NCBI GenBank assembly: GCA_051877755.1
Contig: JBJEJE010000003.1
Location: 21,460-85,459, forward strand
DNA: 64,000 nucleotides
Direction: 5' to 3'
From: Lachnospiraceae bacterium
GTDB lineage: Bacteria; Bacillota; Clostridia; Lachnospirales; Lachnospiraceae
Below the pieces are notes generated by a model. The model had not been told where the DNA came from, made no database searches, and was given only the letters and a program-made list of their open reading frames with translations. The position numbers and the translations under genes were made by a program. Below are positions 45,846 to 54,983 of this stretch, in pieces. Position 1 is the first letter of the stretch; each line of letters begins with the position of its first letter.

Positions 45846-47489
45846 ATGTCATATATGGCTCTATATAGAAAATGGAGACCAGATGAATTTGAGGAAGTTA
45901 AGGGACAGGAACATGTGGTTACTACATTGAAGAACCAGATTACCCATGACAGGGTTGGTCATGCCTATTTGTTTTGTGGTACCAGAGGAACCGGTAAGAC
46001 AACGGTGGCAAAGCTGTTTGCAAAAGCAGTGAACTGTGAACACCCCAAACCGGATGGTAGTCCCTGTAATGAATGTGCTGCCTGTAAAGCGATTAGTGCA
46101 GGTAATTCATTGAATGTAATTGAGATTGATGCTGCTTCGAATAATGGTGTGGATAATATCCGGGATATCCGGGATGAGGTGCAGTATTCACCAACAGAGG
46201 GTAAGTATAAAGTATATATCATTGATGAGGTGCATATGCTTTCTATTGGAGCTTTCAATGCACTGCTTAAGACGCTGGAGGAGCCACCGTCTTATGTAAT
46301 ATTTATTCTGGCGACAACGGAGGCACATAAGATTCCCATTACCATTTTATCCAGATGCCAGAGATATGATTTCCGGCGAATCAGCCTGGAAACCATTTAT
46401 GAACGGTTGATGGAACTGCTTGGCAGAGAAGGAATCGAAGCGGAGGAAAAGGCTGTCCGCTATGTGGCAAAGGCAGCGGATGGGTCTATGCGTGATGCTT
46501 TGAGTCTGCTTGACCAGTGTATCGCTTTTTATCTGGGGCAGAAGCTTACCTATGAGAAAGTTTTAGAAGTGCTTGGTGCAGTAGATGTAGAGGTATTTAA
46601 CAGGCTTATAAGCTGTGTGGCACAGCAGAAAACCATGGATGCATTGAAGGTCATTGATGAGATTGTCTGGCAGGGGCGGGAGTTGTCCCAGTTTGTGACG
46701 GATTTTACATGGTATATGCGAAATCTTTTGCTGATTAAGGTATCGGACAATGTAAATGACCAGCTTGATATTTCAGCAGAGAATCTGGAGAGCATGAAAC
46801 AAACGGCAGAAGGTGTGGAAATGGACGCACTGATGCGGTATATCCGGGTGTTTTCCGAAATGTCGAATCAGATACGGTATGCCACCCAGAAAAGAGTAAC
46901 ACTGGAGCTTGCCATTATCCGGCTTTCAACGCCACAGATGGATAAACAGGAAGATGCCATTTTAGAGCGTATCCGTGCTTTGGAAAAAAAGGTGGAAGAG
47001 GGTGCATTTTCTCTTACAGAAGAACAACTGGCTGCACTATCTGCCGGTAATGCAGAGCATATTGCAGAGACAACCGTTAAGGAGGAGACGCCTTCCATTG
47101 ACAGGGAGGAAGTTTTAAAACGGGAACTGACCCCTGCCGAATATGAAGATATGCAGACCATTATGGAATGTATCCGTCAGATTCAGCAGAATCCGGAGCT
47201 TTCCGGGAGAATCGGCAAGGGAACCATGAATCTGTTTAAGGAGGCGAGTATCAACATAGGGCATGATCACAAGTCCATAGTCCTTTCCTTTGCGGGAACA
47301 GAACATGGCAATATGGGATTTGAACAATTTTCCAAACCGGAACACCGGGCTGCTTTGCAGGAGCTTATTGGTGAATTGACGGGAAAACAGGTGGAGATTA
47401 CCTGTCAGAAGAAGGATTCTTTATCGGAGAAGGATTTCTCCAGCGTGAATTTATCCAAGGTTAATTTTCAAGTGGAAATGATGGAATAG
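45846..47489 (+). CDS. dnaX: DNA polymerase III subunit gamma/tau
   Basis: YRKWRP, the P-loop GTRGTGKTT, the zinc module CEHPKPDGSPCNECAACKAI, DEVHMLS and SRCQRYDFRRI are present. Confidence 0.96.
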   Translation: MSYMALYRKWRPDEFEEVKGQEHVVTTLKNQITHDRVGHAYLFCGTRGTGKTTVAKLFAKAVNCEHPKPDGSPCNECAACKAISAGNSLNVIEIDAASNNGVDNIRDIRDEVQYSPTEGKYKVYIIDEVHMLSIGAFNALLKTLEEPPSYVIFILATTEAHKIPITILSRCQRYDFRRISLETIYERLMELLGREGIEAEEKAVRYVAKAADGSMRDALSLLDQCIAFYLGQKLTYEKVLEVLGAVDVEVFNRLISCVAQQKTMDALKVIDEIVWQGRELSQFVTDFTWYMRNLLLIKVSDNVNDQLDISAENLESMKQTAEGVEMDALMRYIRVFSEMSNQIRYATQKRVTLELAIIRLSTPQMDKQEDAILERIRALEKKVEEGAFSLTEEQLAALSAGNAEHIAETTVKEETPSIDREEVLKRELTPAEYEDMQTIMECIRQIQQNPELSGRIGKGTMNLFKEASINIGHDHKSIVLSFAGTEHGNMGFEQFSKPEHRAALQELIGELTGKQVEITCQKKDSLSEKDFSSVNLSKVNFQVEMME

Positions 47490-47516
47490 TCATATAATAA
47501 AGGAGGATTAAAAGAC

Positions 47517-47870
47517 ATGGCAAAACGTGGAGGTGGATTTCCAGGAGGAATGCCTGGTAATATGAACAATTTAATGAAGCAGGCTCAGAGAATGCAGAAG
47601 CAGATGGAGGAGCAGGCAAAGGCATTGGAGGAAAAGACCTATGAAGCCACTGCCGGAGGTGGTGTTGTGAAAGTGGTGCTTTCCGGTAAAAAGGAAATCC
47701 AGGAGGTTCATTTAGACCCGGAGGTGGTAGATCCGGATGACATTGAAATGTTAGAAGATCTGATTATGGCTGCAACCAATGAAGCACTGCGGATGCAGGA
47801 GGAGGATCAAAATTCCCAGATGTCTAAGATTACCGGTGGCATGGGTGGAATGGGAGGATTTCCGTTCTAA
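47517..47870 (+). CDS. ybaB: YbaB/EbfC-family nucleoid-associated protein
   Basis: 117 aa with [18 protein letters not shown]...[18 protein letters not shown]...[14 protein letters not shown]. It sits in the conserved position between dnaX and recR. Confidence 0.93.
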   Translation: MAKRGGGFPGGMPGNMNNLMKQAQRMQKQMEEQAKALEEKTYEATAGGGVVKVVLSGKKEIQEVHLDPEVVDPDDIEMLEDLIMAATNEALRMQEEDQNSQMSKITGGMGGMGGFPF

Positions 47871-48466
47871 TGGATTTATATAGTGAACAGGTAAATCATC
47901 TGGTGGAGGAACTGGGCAGGCTTCCGGGTGTGGGAAGCAAATCGGCACAAAGGCTGGCATATCACATTATCAATATGCCTCTTGACCAGGTTAAGTCGTT
48001 GTCGGATTCCATTATTACCGCCAGAGAAAATGTAAGATACTGTAAGGAATGTTATACCCTGACAGATAAAGAAGTCTGTCCAATCTGTGCTTCCAATAAC
48101 CGGGACAAATCTACTATTATGGTGGTGGAGACTCCAAGGGATCTGGCAGCCTATGAGAGAACAGGAAAATACAATGGCGTATATCATGTTCTGCACGGAG
48201 CAATTTCACCCAAGCTTGGTGTGGGACAGGATGATATCAAGTTAAAGGAACTAATCATCCGGCTGCGTGGTGATGTAAAGGAATTGATCATAGCCACAAA
48301 TTCTGGTGTGGAAGGCGAGATAACAGCGATGTATATCAGTAAACTGGTAAAGCCTACCGGAATCAAGGTGACACGTATCGCTTCCGGAATACCGGTGGGC
48401 GGAGATTTGGAATGTATTGATGAAGTAACCCTTCTTCGCGCATTGGAGGGCAGGGTAAGCTTATAA
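47870..48466 (+). CDS. recR: Recombination protein RecR
   Basis: [15 protein letters not shown] (HhH), the zinc finger [16 protein letters not shown] and the Toprim segment [18 protein letters not shown] are present. The start overlaps the ybaB stop (TAATG). Confidence 0.96.
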   Translation: MDLYSEQVNHLVEELGRLPGVGSKSAQRLAYHIINMPLDQVKSLSDSIITARENVRYCKECYTLTDKEVCPICASNNRDKSTIMVVETPRDLAAYERTGKYNGVYHVLHGAISPKLGVGQDDIKLKELIIRLRGDVKELIIATNSGVEGEITAMYISKLVKPTGIKVTRIASGIPVGGDLECIDEVTLLRALEGRVSL

Positions 48467-48505
48467 ATGGATAATATCCAACAGGAGAGAAAGGAAGGTA
48501 TGCAG

Positions 48506-49582
48506 ATGAAAAGAATAGGTATGTTGACAAGTGGTGGCGACTGTCAGGCATTAAATGCCACAATGAGAGGTGTTGTAAAGGGTCTCTGCAATATGTACAA
48601 GGATGTAGAAATTTACGGATTTTTAGAGGGTTATAAGGGATTGATCCGCAATAACTACAAGCTGTTAAAAGCAGAGGATTTTTCCGGTATTTTAACAAAG
48701 GGCGGTACCATTCTTGGAAGCTCCCGTCAGCCATTTAAATTAATGGATCAGCCAACGGAGGATGGTATCAATAAGGTTAAGGCAATGAAGGAAACCTACA
48801 AAAAGTTAAAGCTGGATTGTCTTGTTGTATTAGGTGGAAATGGTTCCCAGAAGACAGCCAATCTCTTAAGTGAGGAAGGCCTTAATGTGATTGGACTGCC
48901 AAAGACCATTGACAACGATTTGTGGGGAACGGATATGACGTTTGGTTTTCAGTCTGCAGTGGATATTGCCACATCAGCCATTGACTGTATCCATACAACT
49001 GCGGCTTCCCATAACCGTGTATTTGTGGTGGAAATCATGGGACATAAAGTAGGTCACATTACTCTCCATGCCGGTATCGCCGGTGGAGCAGATATTATTC
49101 TGTTACCGGAGATTCCATATGATATCAAGAGTGTGTGCAAAGCACTGGATAAGAGAAGCAAAGCAGGAAAAGGATTTTCCATTATTGCAGTGGCAGAGGG
49201 TGCCATTTCAAAAGAAGATGCGGCACTTCCAAAGAAGAAGAGAAAAGAAAAACTGGCAAATCGTCCATACCCTTCTGTAGCATATGAGATTGCAGATCAG
49301 ATCAAGGATACCTGTGGCTGTGAAGTCAGAGTGGCTGTTCCGGGGCACACACAAAGAGGTGGAAGTCCGGATGCATTTGACCGTGTACTTTCATCCAGAT
49401 TCGGTGCATATGCGGCACAGTTGATCAAAGAGGAGAAATACGGACGTCTGGTGGTATTAAAGGACAATGATGTAACAGATATAGCGCTTTCTGATTCTGC
49501 CGGTAAGTTAAAATATGTTTCACCGGAAGACAGCATTGTGCAGAATGCAAGGGCATTGGGTATTTCATTCGGAGACGAGTAA
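48506..49582 (+). CDS. pfkA: 6-phosphofructokinase (PfkA family)
   Basis: MKRIGMLTSGGDCQALNA, GLPKTIDNDL, MGHKVGHI and GHTQRGG are present. The usual GGDGS motif reads GGNGS here. The start is ATG 48506 or 48500. Confidence 0.88.
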   Translation: MKRIGMLTSGGDCQALNATMRGVVKGLCNMYKDVEIYGFLEGYKGLIRNNYKLLKAEDFSGILTKGGTILGSSRQPFKLMDQPTEDGINKVKAMKETYKKLKLDCLVVLGGNGSQKTANLLSEEGLNVIGLPKTIDNDLWGTDMTFGFQSAVDIATSAIDCIHTTAASHNRVFVVEIMGHKVGHITLHAGIAGGADIILLPEIPYDIKSVCKALDKRSKAGKGFSIIAVAEGAISKEDAALPKKKRKEKLANRPYPSVAYEIADQIKDTCGCEVRVAVPGHTQRGGSPDAFDRVLSSRFGAYAAQLIKEEKYGRLVVLKDNDVTDIALSDSAGKLKYVSPEDSIVQNARALGISFGDE

Positions 49583-49657
49583 AAAAGAAATTCGGAACCA
49601 TTTATTTCCTGCAGGCATATTTTAGTAGTATGGAATATGTCTGTAAGGAGATAATCA

Positions 49658-50044
49658 ATGGAAATGCAGGGAATACATTATAATCTGGATGCATTGTTTC
49701 CTAAAGAGCCGGATTTTTTAGAGGAAGAAGAACTTTGTTTGAAGGATTACGAATATTTGAAACGATTATATCCGAAGGAGGTAAGGTTAATTGCCTCTAT
49801 ATTGGAAGAATATCTGGACCGGTATGAATATGAGGGAAGTCCAATGTATGCACAGTATCCGGATGAGGTAACTATTTACCGGATAGCAGGTGAAATATTC
49901 AGGAAGCTTTCCTTAAAAGGAAGTAAGGAAGAACTTTCCCAGATTAAAAATATGATACAGGTCATGGTATGTCAGGAAATGTACGTCAGAAGAAGACGGC
50001 ATGACAAATTTTGCAGGAAATTTCAGAATTGCAGGGTGCGATAA
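49658..50044 (+). CDS. Hypothetical protein
   Basis: 128 aa with an AAGGAG RBS. It has an acidic N-terminal half and a basic Cys-containing tail. No family was recognised. Confidence 0.4.
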   Translation: MEMQGIHYNLDALFPKEPDFLEEEELCLKDYEYLKRLYPKEVRLIASILEEYLDRYEYEGSPMYAQYPDEVTIYRIAGEIFRKLSLKGSKEELSQIKNMIQVMVCQEMYVRRRRHDKFCRKFQNCRVR

Positions 50045-50146
50045 AAGAGAAAAAACTGTATAACTGTCCCACCGGTGGAAAAACTAAAATGAAACAGAAA
50101 GTTACGGAAGCGGAGGCTTCCTGATGATAGATATAGGAGATTTACA

Positions 50147-52693
50147 ATGGACGGAAGATTATTTGCAAAGATACTAGTGCTGCTGTTAATCTTTACAGGA
50201 ACCATTTTTGTTGTGAATAAGATCAATAACCGGGGAGTGGAGGAAGTTTCGGTAGAGATGGAACAGGCGACACTTCCGATTGTATATGTGCGTTATAATG
50301 ATGAATTTATTAATACACTGCATGGTTATACCGGTAAGGTGGATACCACATATTTTCGTGATACGATTACACCTATGGATTACGGAAGAACCATAGAGTT
50401 ATGGGCAGATCAGGGAAGCGAAAGTTATGGAACCTATGAGTATGAGTTGAGAAGTCTGTATCAGGGAAATCTGATTGAAAATGGTTCTGTAACGGAACTA
50501 AACCATGCAGATGGTTATGACAAGATCCGTATTAGTTTTCGGACGGAGTTAGAAGAACTTCAGGAATATGTACTGGTATTAAATGCAATGTCAGGAGACG
50601 AAATTGCTGCCAGATATTATACAAGAGTTGTTGTGGAAAATGATTTTCATGCGGATAAATTGTTGGAGTTTGTGGAGAAATTCAATGCTGCAATATTTGA
50701 CAAGGAAGAAGCAGAGGAAGTTATTTCCAAGAGTATTGAGCCAAATGAGGATGGGAATAATGAATATTTATCCGAGGTTAATATTCATTCCAGTTTTGAA
50801 ACCATTACGTTTGCAGGATTAGAACCTGTTCAGTTGACAAAACCCATTGCCAGTATCAAGGAAATTGATGACAGCTATGCAATCATTCAGTTAAAATATA
50901 TGATTTCTGCCAAAGAAAATAAGGTGCTGGAAAATTTTTATGTGACAGAAGATTACCGTGTCCGTTATGTGGATGAGGACAATGTATATCTGCTGGACTA
51001 TAACCGGACTCAGGAGGCATTGTTTACAACGGATAATGTGGATACCGCCAACAATACATTCAAAATCGGTATTACCAATGATGAGAATTACCAGTATGTC
51101 ACCAGTGATAAAGAACGGAAGGTAGCATTTACACAGGCAAGACAACTCTGGTATTACGATTACAGTAGTGGAACCATTACGAATGTATATGGATTCTGCC
51201 AGGAGGATAACTATACAGACAGCCGTGTTACCTATGATGAGAATAATATTAAGATCTTGAAAATGGATGACGAAGGAAATATCACCTTTGCAGTATATGG
51301 GTATATGAACCGCGGTGAACATGAAGGGAAAGTAGGAATTTCCGTATATCAGTTTTTAGCTGAGAAAGATAAGATGCAGGAAATTCTGTTTATTGAAAAT
51401 AATAAACCATACAACATATTAAAAGAAGATATGGAAACGCTGATGTATTTAAATGATGCCGGCGAGTTTTATTATTTTGACAATGACTGTATCGTGAAAG
51501 TGGATACCAATACCATGAAGTCTGAGATCTTTATCGAAGATGTGTTAAATGAGCATTTGGCAGTTTCGGAGGATAATCACCTGCTGGGATATCCAAATGA
51601 ACTTTTGCCGGAAAATACCACGAAAGTTACGGTTTTGAATCTGGACACAAAGGAGAGCCGGGAAATTGAGGCAGGCAGCGGAGAACGGCTGGAGACAATC
51701 GGATTTGTAGAGGAAGATTTGATTTTAGGAAGAATCAGGGAAGGCGATATTGTTGTGGCATTGGATAGAACGGTAACCTGCCCGATTTCCACAATTGATA
51801 TTATTGACAAGAATAATAAAGTAGTAAAGACCTATGGTTCCACAGGTGTTTATGTGATAGAGGCAACGGCAAAGGACGGAGTTGTGTACTTAGACCGTGT
51901 CCGGAAGATAAATGGTGAATTTGAGCCTACTACCCAGGATTTTATCACTTATAAAGAAGAAGAGGACACTGATAAAATCAAAATTGCTTATAGTTATACA
52001 GATAAGGCGTATAATCAGTTGTATATGACATTTCCGGACTATATGTACGTAACAGAAAAACCGAAGCTGATGATTACGAAAAAGGCAGTGAACGAGAATG
52101 ATACCACTGTTAAGATTACCTTTGATCACACCAATAAGAAATTTTATGCCTATGGTCAGGGAAAATATATGACGGATTATCTGAATTTGAATGAAGCAGT
52201 ACGTGTTGCATTTGAAAATGCAGGTGTTGTTTTAGATGAAAATGGAGTAATCGTATGGAGAAAGATAGCGGTAAAGGATTATCATACGGTAGCAGATAAG
52301 ATAAAGATTTATAATGTTTCTGATATTCAGGATACATTGGCAGCCTGCATTTATATGATGGGTATTTATGAAGGAAAAAATCCGGAATATTCTGCAATGC
52401 AGGAGGAACTGGCAAATGAAATACCAATTGAGGATATCATACTGAAGTATACTGGACGGCAGGGAACAGATATTACCGGATGTGATTTTGAAAATGGACT
52501 TTATTATCTTTGTAAAGATGCACCGGTTATTACGAGATTTGCAGACGGCACTTATGTGCTGGTGACCAGCTACAACGGGCAGAAAATCCGTTATATCAAT
52601 CCTCTTGAGGAAAACGATATCGTAGAATCCCGCGAAGAATTTGAAAGCAAAGTAAAGGATAGCGGAAATGTATTCATAAGCTACGTACGATGA
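50147..52693 (+). CDS. Large membrane-anchored hypothetical protein
   Basis: 848 aa. An N-terminal signal-anchor is present (FAKILVLLLIFTGTIFVV). The long extracytoplasmic region has coding-like composition throughout. TAGGAG RBS is present. Confidence 0.55.
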   Translation: MDGRLFAKILVLLLIFTGTIFVVNKINNRGVEEVSVEMEQATLPIVYVRYNDEFINTLHGYTGKVDTTYFRDTITPMDYGRTIELWADQGSESYGTYEYELRSLYQGNLIENGSVTELNHADGYDKIRISFRTELEELQEYVLVLNAMSGDEIAARYYTRVVVENDFHADKLLEFVEKFNAAIFDKEEAEEVISKSIEPNEDGNNEYLSEVNIHSSFETITFAGLEPVQLTKPIASIKEIDDSYAIIQLKYMISAKENKVLENFYVTEDYRVRYVDEDNVYLLDYNRTQEALFTTDNVDTANNTFKIGITNDENYQYVTSDKERKVAFTQARQLWYYDYSSGTITNVYGFCQEDNYTDSRVTYDENNIKILKMDDEGNITFAVYGYMNRGEHEGKVGISVYQFLAEKDKMQEILFIENNKPYNILKEDMETLMYLNDAGEFYYFDNDCIVKVDTNTMKSEIFIEDVLNEHLAVSEDNHLLGYPNELLPENTTKVTVLNLDTKESREIEAGSGERLETIGFVEEDLILGRIREGDIVVALDRTVTCPISTIDIIDKNNKVVKTYGSTGVYVIEATAKDGVVYLDRVRKINGEFEPTTQDFITYKEEEDTDKIKIAYSYTDKAYNQLYMTFPDYMYVTEKPKLMITKKAVNENDTTVKITFDHTNKKFYAYGQGKYMTDYLNLNEAVRVAFENAGVVLDENGVIVWRKIAVKDYHTVADKIKIYNVSDIQDTLAACIYMMGIYEGKNPEYSAMQEELANEIPIEDIILKYTGRQGTDITGCDFENGLYYLCKDAPVITRFADGTYVLVTSYNGQKIRYINPLEENDIVESREEFESKVKDSGNVFISYVR

Positions 52694-52721
52694 TTCTGAT
52701 AATTCCTGTTTGTGAAGTTGT

Positions 52722-52946
52722 GAAGAATTTCACACATATAGGTTGTGAAAGGTTGTGTATGAGACAGGAAAGACACGGTGCTCCATTATGCTGACCGTTC
52801 CAACGAGCCTCAGACATATGAAAAATCTCGGCTTGAGGACCTCGATTTTTCATTGAGTCTCGTTTCCACAGCATAAAAGTCGCACCTTATTCTTTCCTGT
52901 CACACACACAATCTTTTCATTTTACTGGCTATGTGTGAAATTCATT
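52722..52946 (+). ncRNA. Candidate structured RNA A: ~225-nt rod-like imperfect hairpin of unassigned family
   Basis: Nested stems are GAATTTCACACATA/TATGTGTGAAATTC (52725-38/52930-43), GACAGGAAAGA/TCTTTCCTGTC (52763-73/52891-901), TTATGCTG/CAGCATAA, AACGAGCCTCA/TGAGTCTCGTT and ATGAAAAATC/GATTTTTCAT. It is followed by ATTTACGTTTT. It is homologous to the inverted element at 53091-53309. Confidence 0.5.
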
Positions 52947-53090
52947 TACGTTTTGCAGAAACAAGGAATTTCTGTCCTGGGTCGATGTTGAAAATACTAT
53001 ACGACTGAGATATTAATTTATCGCCACCCAGTTATATCATTCTCAAAGGGCATCGGGTGTGGCGAAACTTTATGCTTGAAAAAAGGAGCA

Positions 53091-53309
53091 GATGAATTTC
53101 GCAAGTATACAATAATGTGAAAGGTCTATCATTTGAAAGTTTATAATAAGTGCGACCTTTATGCTGTGGAGAGGAGACTCAGTGGACGCTCGAAGCCTTT
53201 GCTGAGAGTGGCCACACGTTTTGAGGCTCCTCGGAACGGTTAGCATAATCGGAGCACGCTTATAACTTTCAAATGATAGACCTTTGTATAAAATAATGCG
53301 AAATTCATC
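53091..53309 (-). ncRNA. Candidate structured RNA B: ~219-nt rod-like imperfect hairpin homologous to element A and convergent with it
   Basis: Read on the minus strand it shares two ~40-nt core blocks with A (GTGCTCC.ATTATGCT.ACCGTTCC...GAGCCTCA and TGAGTCTC...TCCACAGCATAAA.GTCGCAC). The outer stems differ in sequence but stay paired, including a 24-bp stem at 53122-46/53260-83. It is followed on the minus strand by TGCTCCTTTTTTC. Confidence 0.5.
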
Positions 53310-53422
53310 GTCCGCATCCATACATAAAGTTGGGAAAGCAAAATGAAACAGGAATTTTCAGGAAACTTCCCGCATATAATGATGAATAGAGGTATCATAT
53401 AAACATTTATTTAGGAGGTAGT

Positions 53423-54973
53423 ATGGAATTCATCAAGCGGGAAATTCAAAATTATACATGGAAAGTAAAAAATGTTATGCAGTTTACGATAGATGACACC
53501 ATCAATATTCCGGAAAATCTTTTGGACATGGAGCGGTTAATTTTAGTAAAAGGAAATGTTGTGGTTGACGAAACCCAGGCAATGGTGGACCGGTTTCAGG
53601 TAAAGGGCACATTGAATTATCAGATTCTTTACAGTGCAGACAAGGAGGGAAATGTTTTTGACAGCTTAAATGGAAAAGTTCCATTTATTGAATATGTAAA
53701 TGCAGACGGAACAAAGGAAAGCGATTACATAGAAGTACATGCCAGCATGAATGACCTGACAGTGACAATGCTGCACTCGCGGAAGATTAGTCTGAAAGCC
53801 CTGCTTGGCATTGATTATCAGGTAAAAGAAAATGAGAACTTTGAAGCAGTTACCGAGGTTCAGGGCGATGAGGGGACAGAAGTTTTAAGTGGAGATTTGT
53901 CCATGATGAGTCTGCAGCTTCAGGAAAAGAAGACCATGCAGGTGTCAGAGCAGGTGGAGATTCCGGCGAACAAACCGAATATTTATCAGGTAATCTGGAA
54001 GAGTATGTCAGTTACCCGGATTCAGATAAAACCGGGGGATGGTTATCTGTTAGCCAGTGGAAATTTAAGTGTATTTTTAGTCTATACTGCTGAAGAGGAA
54101 GGAATGCCAATCCAGTATTTCACACTGGAGGTACCATTTGAACAGAGAATCGAGGAGGAGCTTTCCAATGAAGATATGATTTCCGGCAGTTTCCTAAGCC
54201 TTGATCAGTATCATATTACAGTGGTACCGGATGAGAAAGGAGAAGACCGGCTGATCGACTTGGCGGCAGAGTTTACTGTGGAGATTAAGTTGTATGGCAA
54301 TGAGGAAATGAGACTGGTACGGGATGCATATTCCACAGAAATGGAGATTAATCCGAAATGGCGGAATTTTGTTTTACAGCATTTACTGGTACGGAATTGT
54401 GCAAAAACAAAAGTATCTGATATAGTGACAATGCCAAAACAGCAGTCTGTATTACAAATCTGTAATGCAGAGGGTTCAGTATCCATTGATGAAACACAGC
54501 GTTCTGCCAAAGGAATTATTGTGGAAGGTGTTGTAGGAACGCAGATTACCTATCTGAACAAGGAGGAGAATGGTGCGCTTGCTTCGGCAACCTTTGATAT
54601 TCCATTTACCTATGAAATAGAAGTGAATGGAATGCGGGAGGGAGTGACATATTCCATCATTCCATTTTTAGATCAGATTCAGGCAATGCAGATGGGAGAA
54701 AACCAGCTGGAAATCAAGGCGGAAGTATCCCTGGATGTATTGGCATTTACCAATGAGCAGGGAAGGGCGGTTCTTGATATGGAAGTTACCCCTATTAATA
54801 TGGAACGGAAAAAGGAGCTGCCTGGTGTGATTGGTTATATTGTGAAAAAAGATGATACCCTTTGGAGTATTGCAAAAACGTATTATACAACGGTGGAACG
54901 ATTAAAAGAAATCAACGAGCTTACCTCTGATACAATCGGAGTAGGTGATAAGCTCGTGATCTTGAAAGAATAA
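53423..54973 (+). CDS. SPOCS (DUF3794)-domain protein with a C-terminal LysM domain, SpoVID-like
   Basis: 516 aa with repeated SPOCS-like beta-rich segments. The C-terminal LysM is YIVKKDDTLWSIAKTYYTTVERLKEINELTSDTIGVGDKLVI. The architecture is the same as B. subtilis SpoVID. Confidence 0.68.
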   Translation: MEFIKREIQNYTWKVKNVMQFTIDDTINIPENLLDMERLILVKGNVVVDETQAMVDRFQVKGTLNYQILYSADKEGNVFDSLNGKVPFIEYVNADGTKESDYIEVHASMNDLTVTMLHSRKISLKALLGIDYQVKENENFEAVTEVQGDEGTEVLSGDLSMMSLQLQEKKTMQVSEQVEIPANKPNIYQVIWKSMSVTRIQIKPGDGYLLASGNLSVFLVYTAEEEGMPIQYFTLEVPFEQRIEEELSNEDMISGSFLSLDQYHITVVPDEKGEDRLIDLAAEFTVEIKLYGNEEMRLVRDAYSTEMEINPKWRNFVLQHLLVRNCAKTKVSDIVTMPKQQSVLQICNAEGSVSIDETQRSAKGIIVEGVVGTQITYLNKEENGALASATFDIPFTYEIEVNGMREGVTYSIIPFLDQIQAMQMGENQLEIKAEVSLDVLAFTNEQGRAVLDMEVTPINMERKKELPGVIGYIVKKDDTLWSIAKTYYTTVERLKEINELTSDTIGVGDKLVILKE

Positions 54974-54983
54974 TTATATGAAT

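Noticed and set aside
52722-53309. Interpreting the two hairpin elements as MITE copies or as the inverted repeats of one mobile element
   Set aside because: The outer and middle stems of A and B are unrelated in sequence yet both paired, and only the core and the terminal 10 nt are shared. I see no target-site duplication or transposase. This is not fully excluded without genome-wide copy counts.
52674-53321. Track ORFs 52674-52874 (-) and 53070-53321 (-), plus short + strand peptides starting MLTVP(T/R)SL inside both hairpin elements
   Set aside because: They lie entirely within the paired arms of the hairpin elements and have no RBS. Similarity between the two putative peptides stops after 9 residues, exactly where nucleotide conservation stops. 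The substitutions are compensatory at the base-pair level rather than synonymous.
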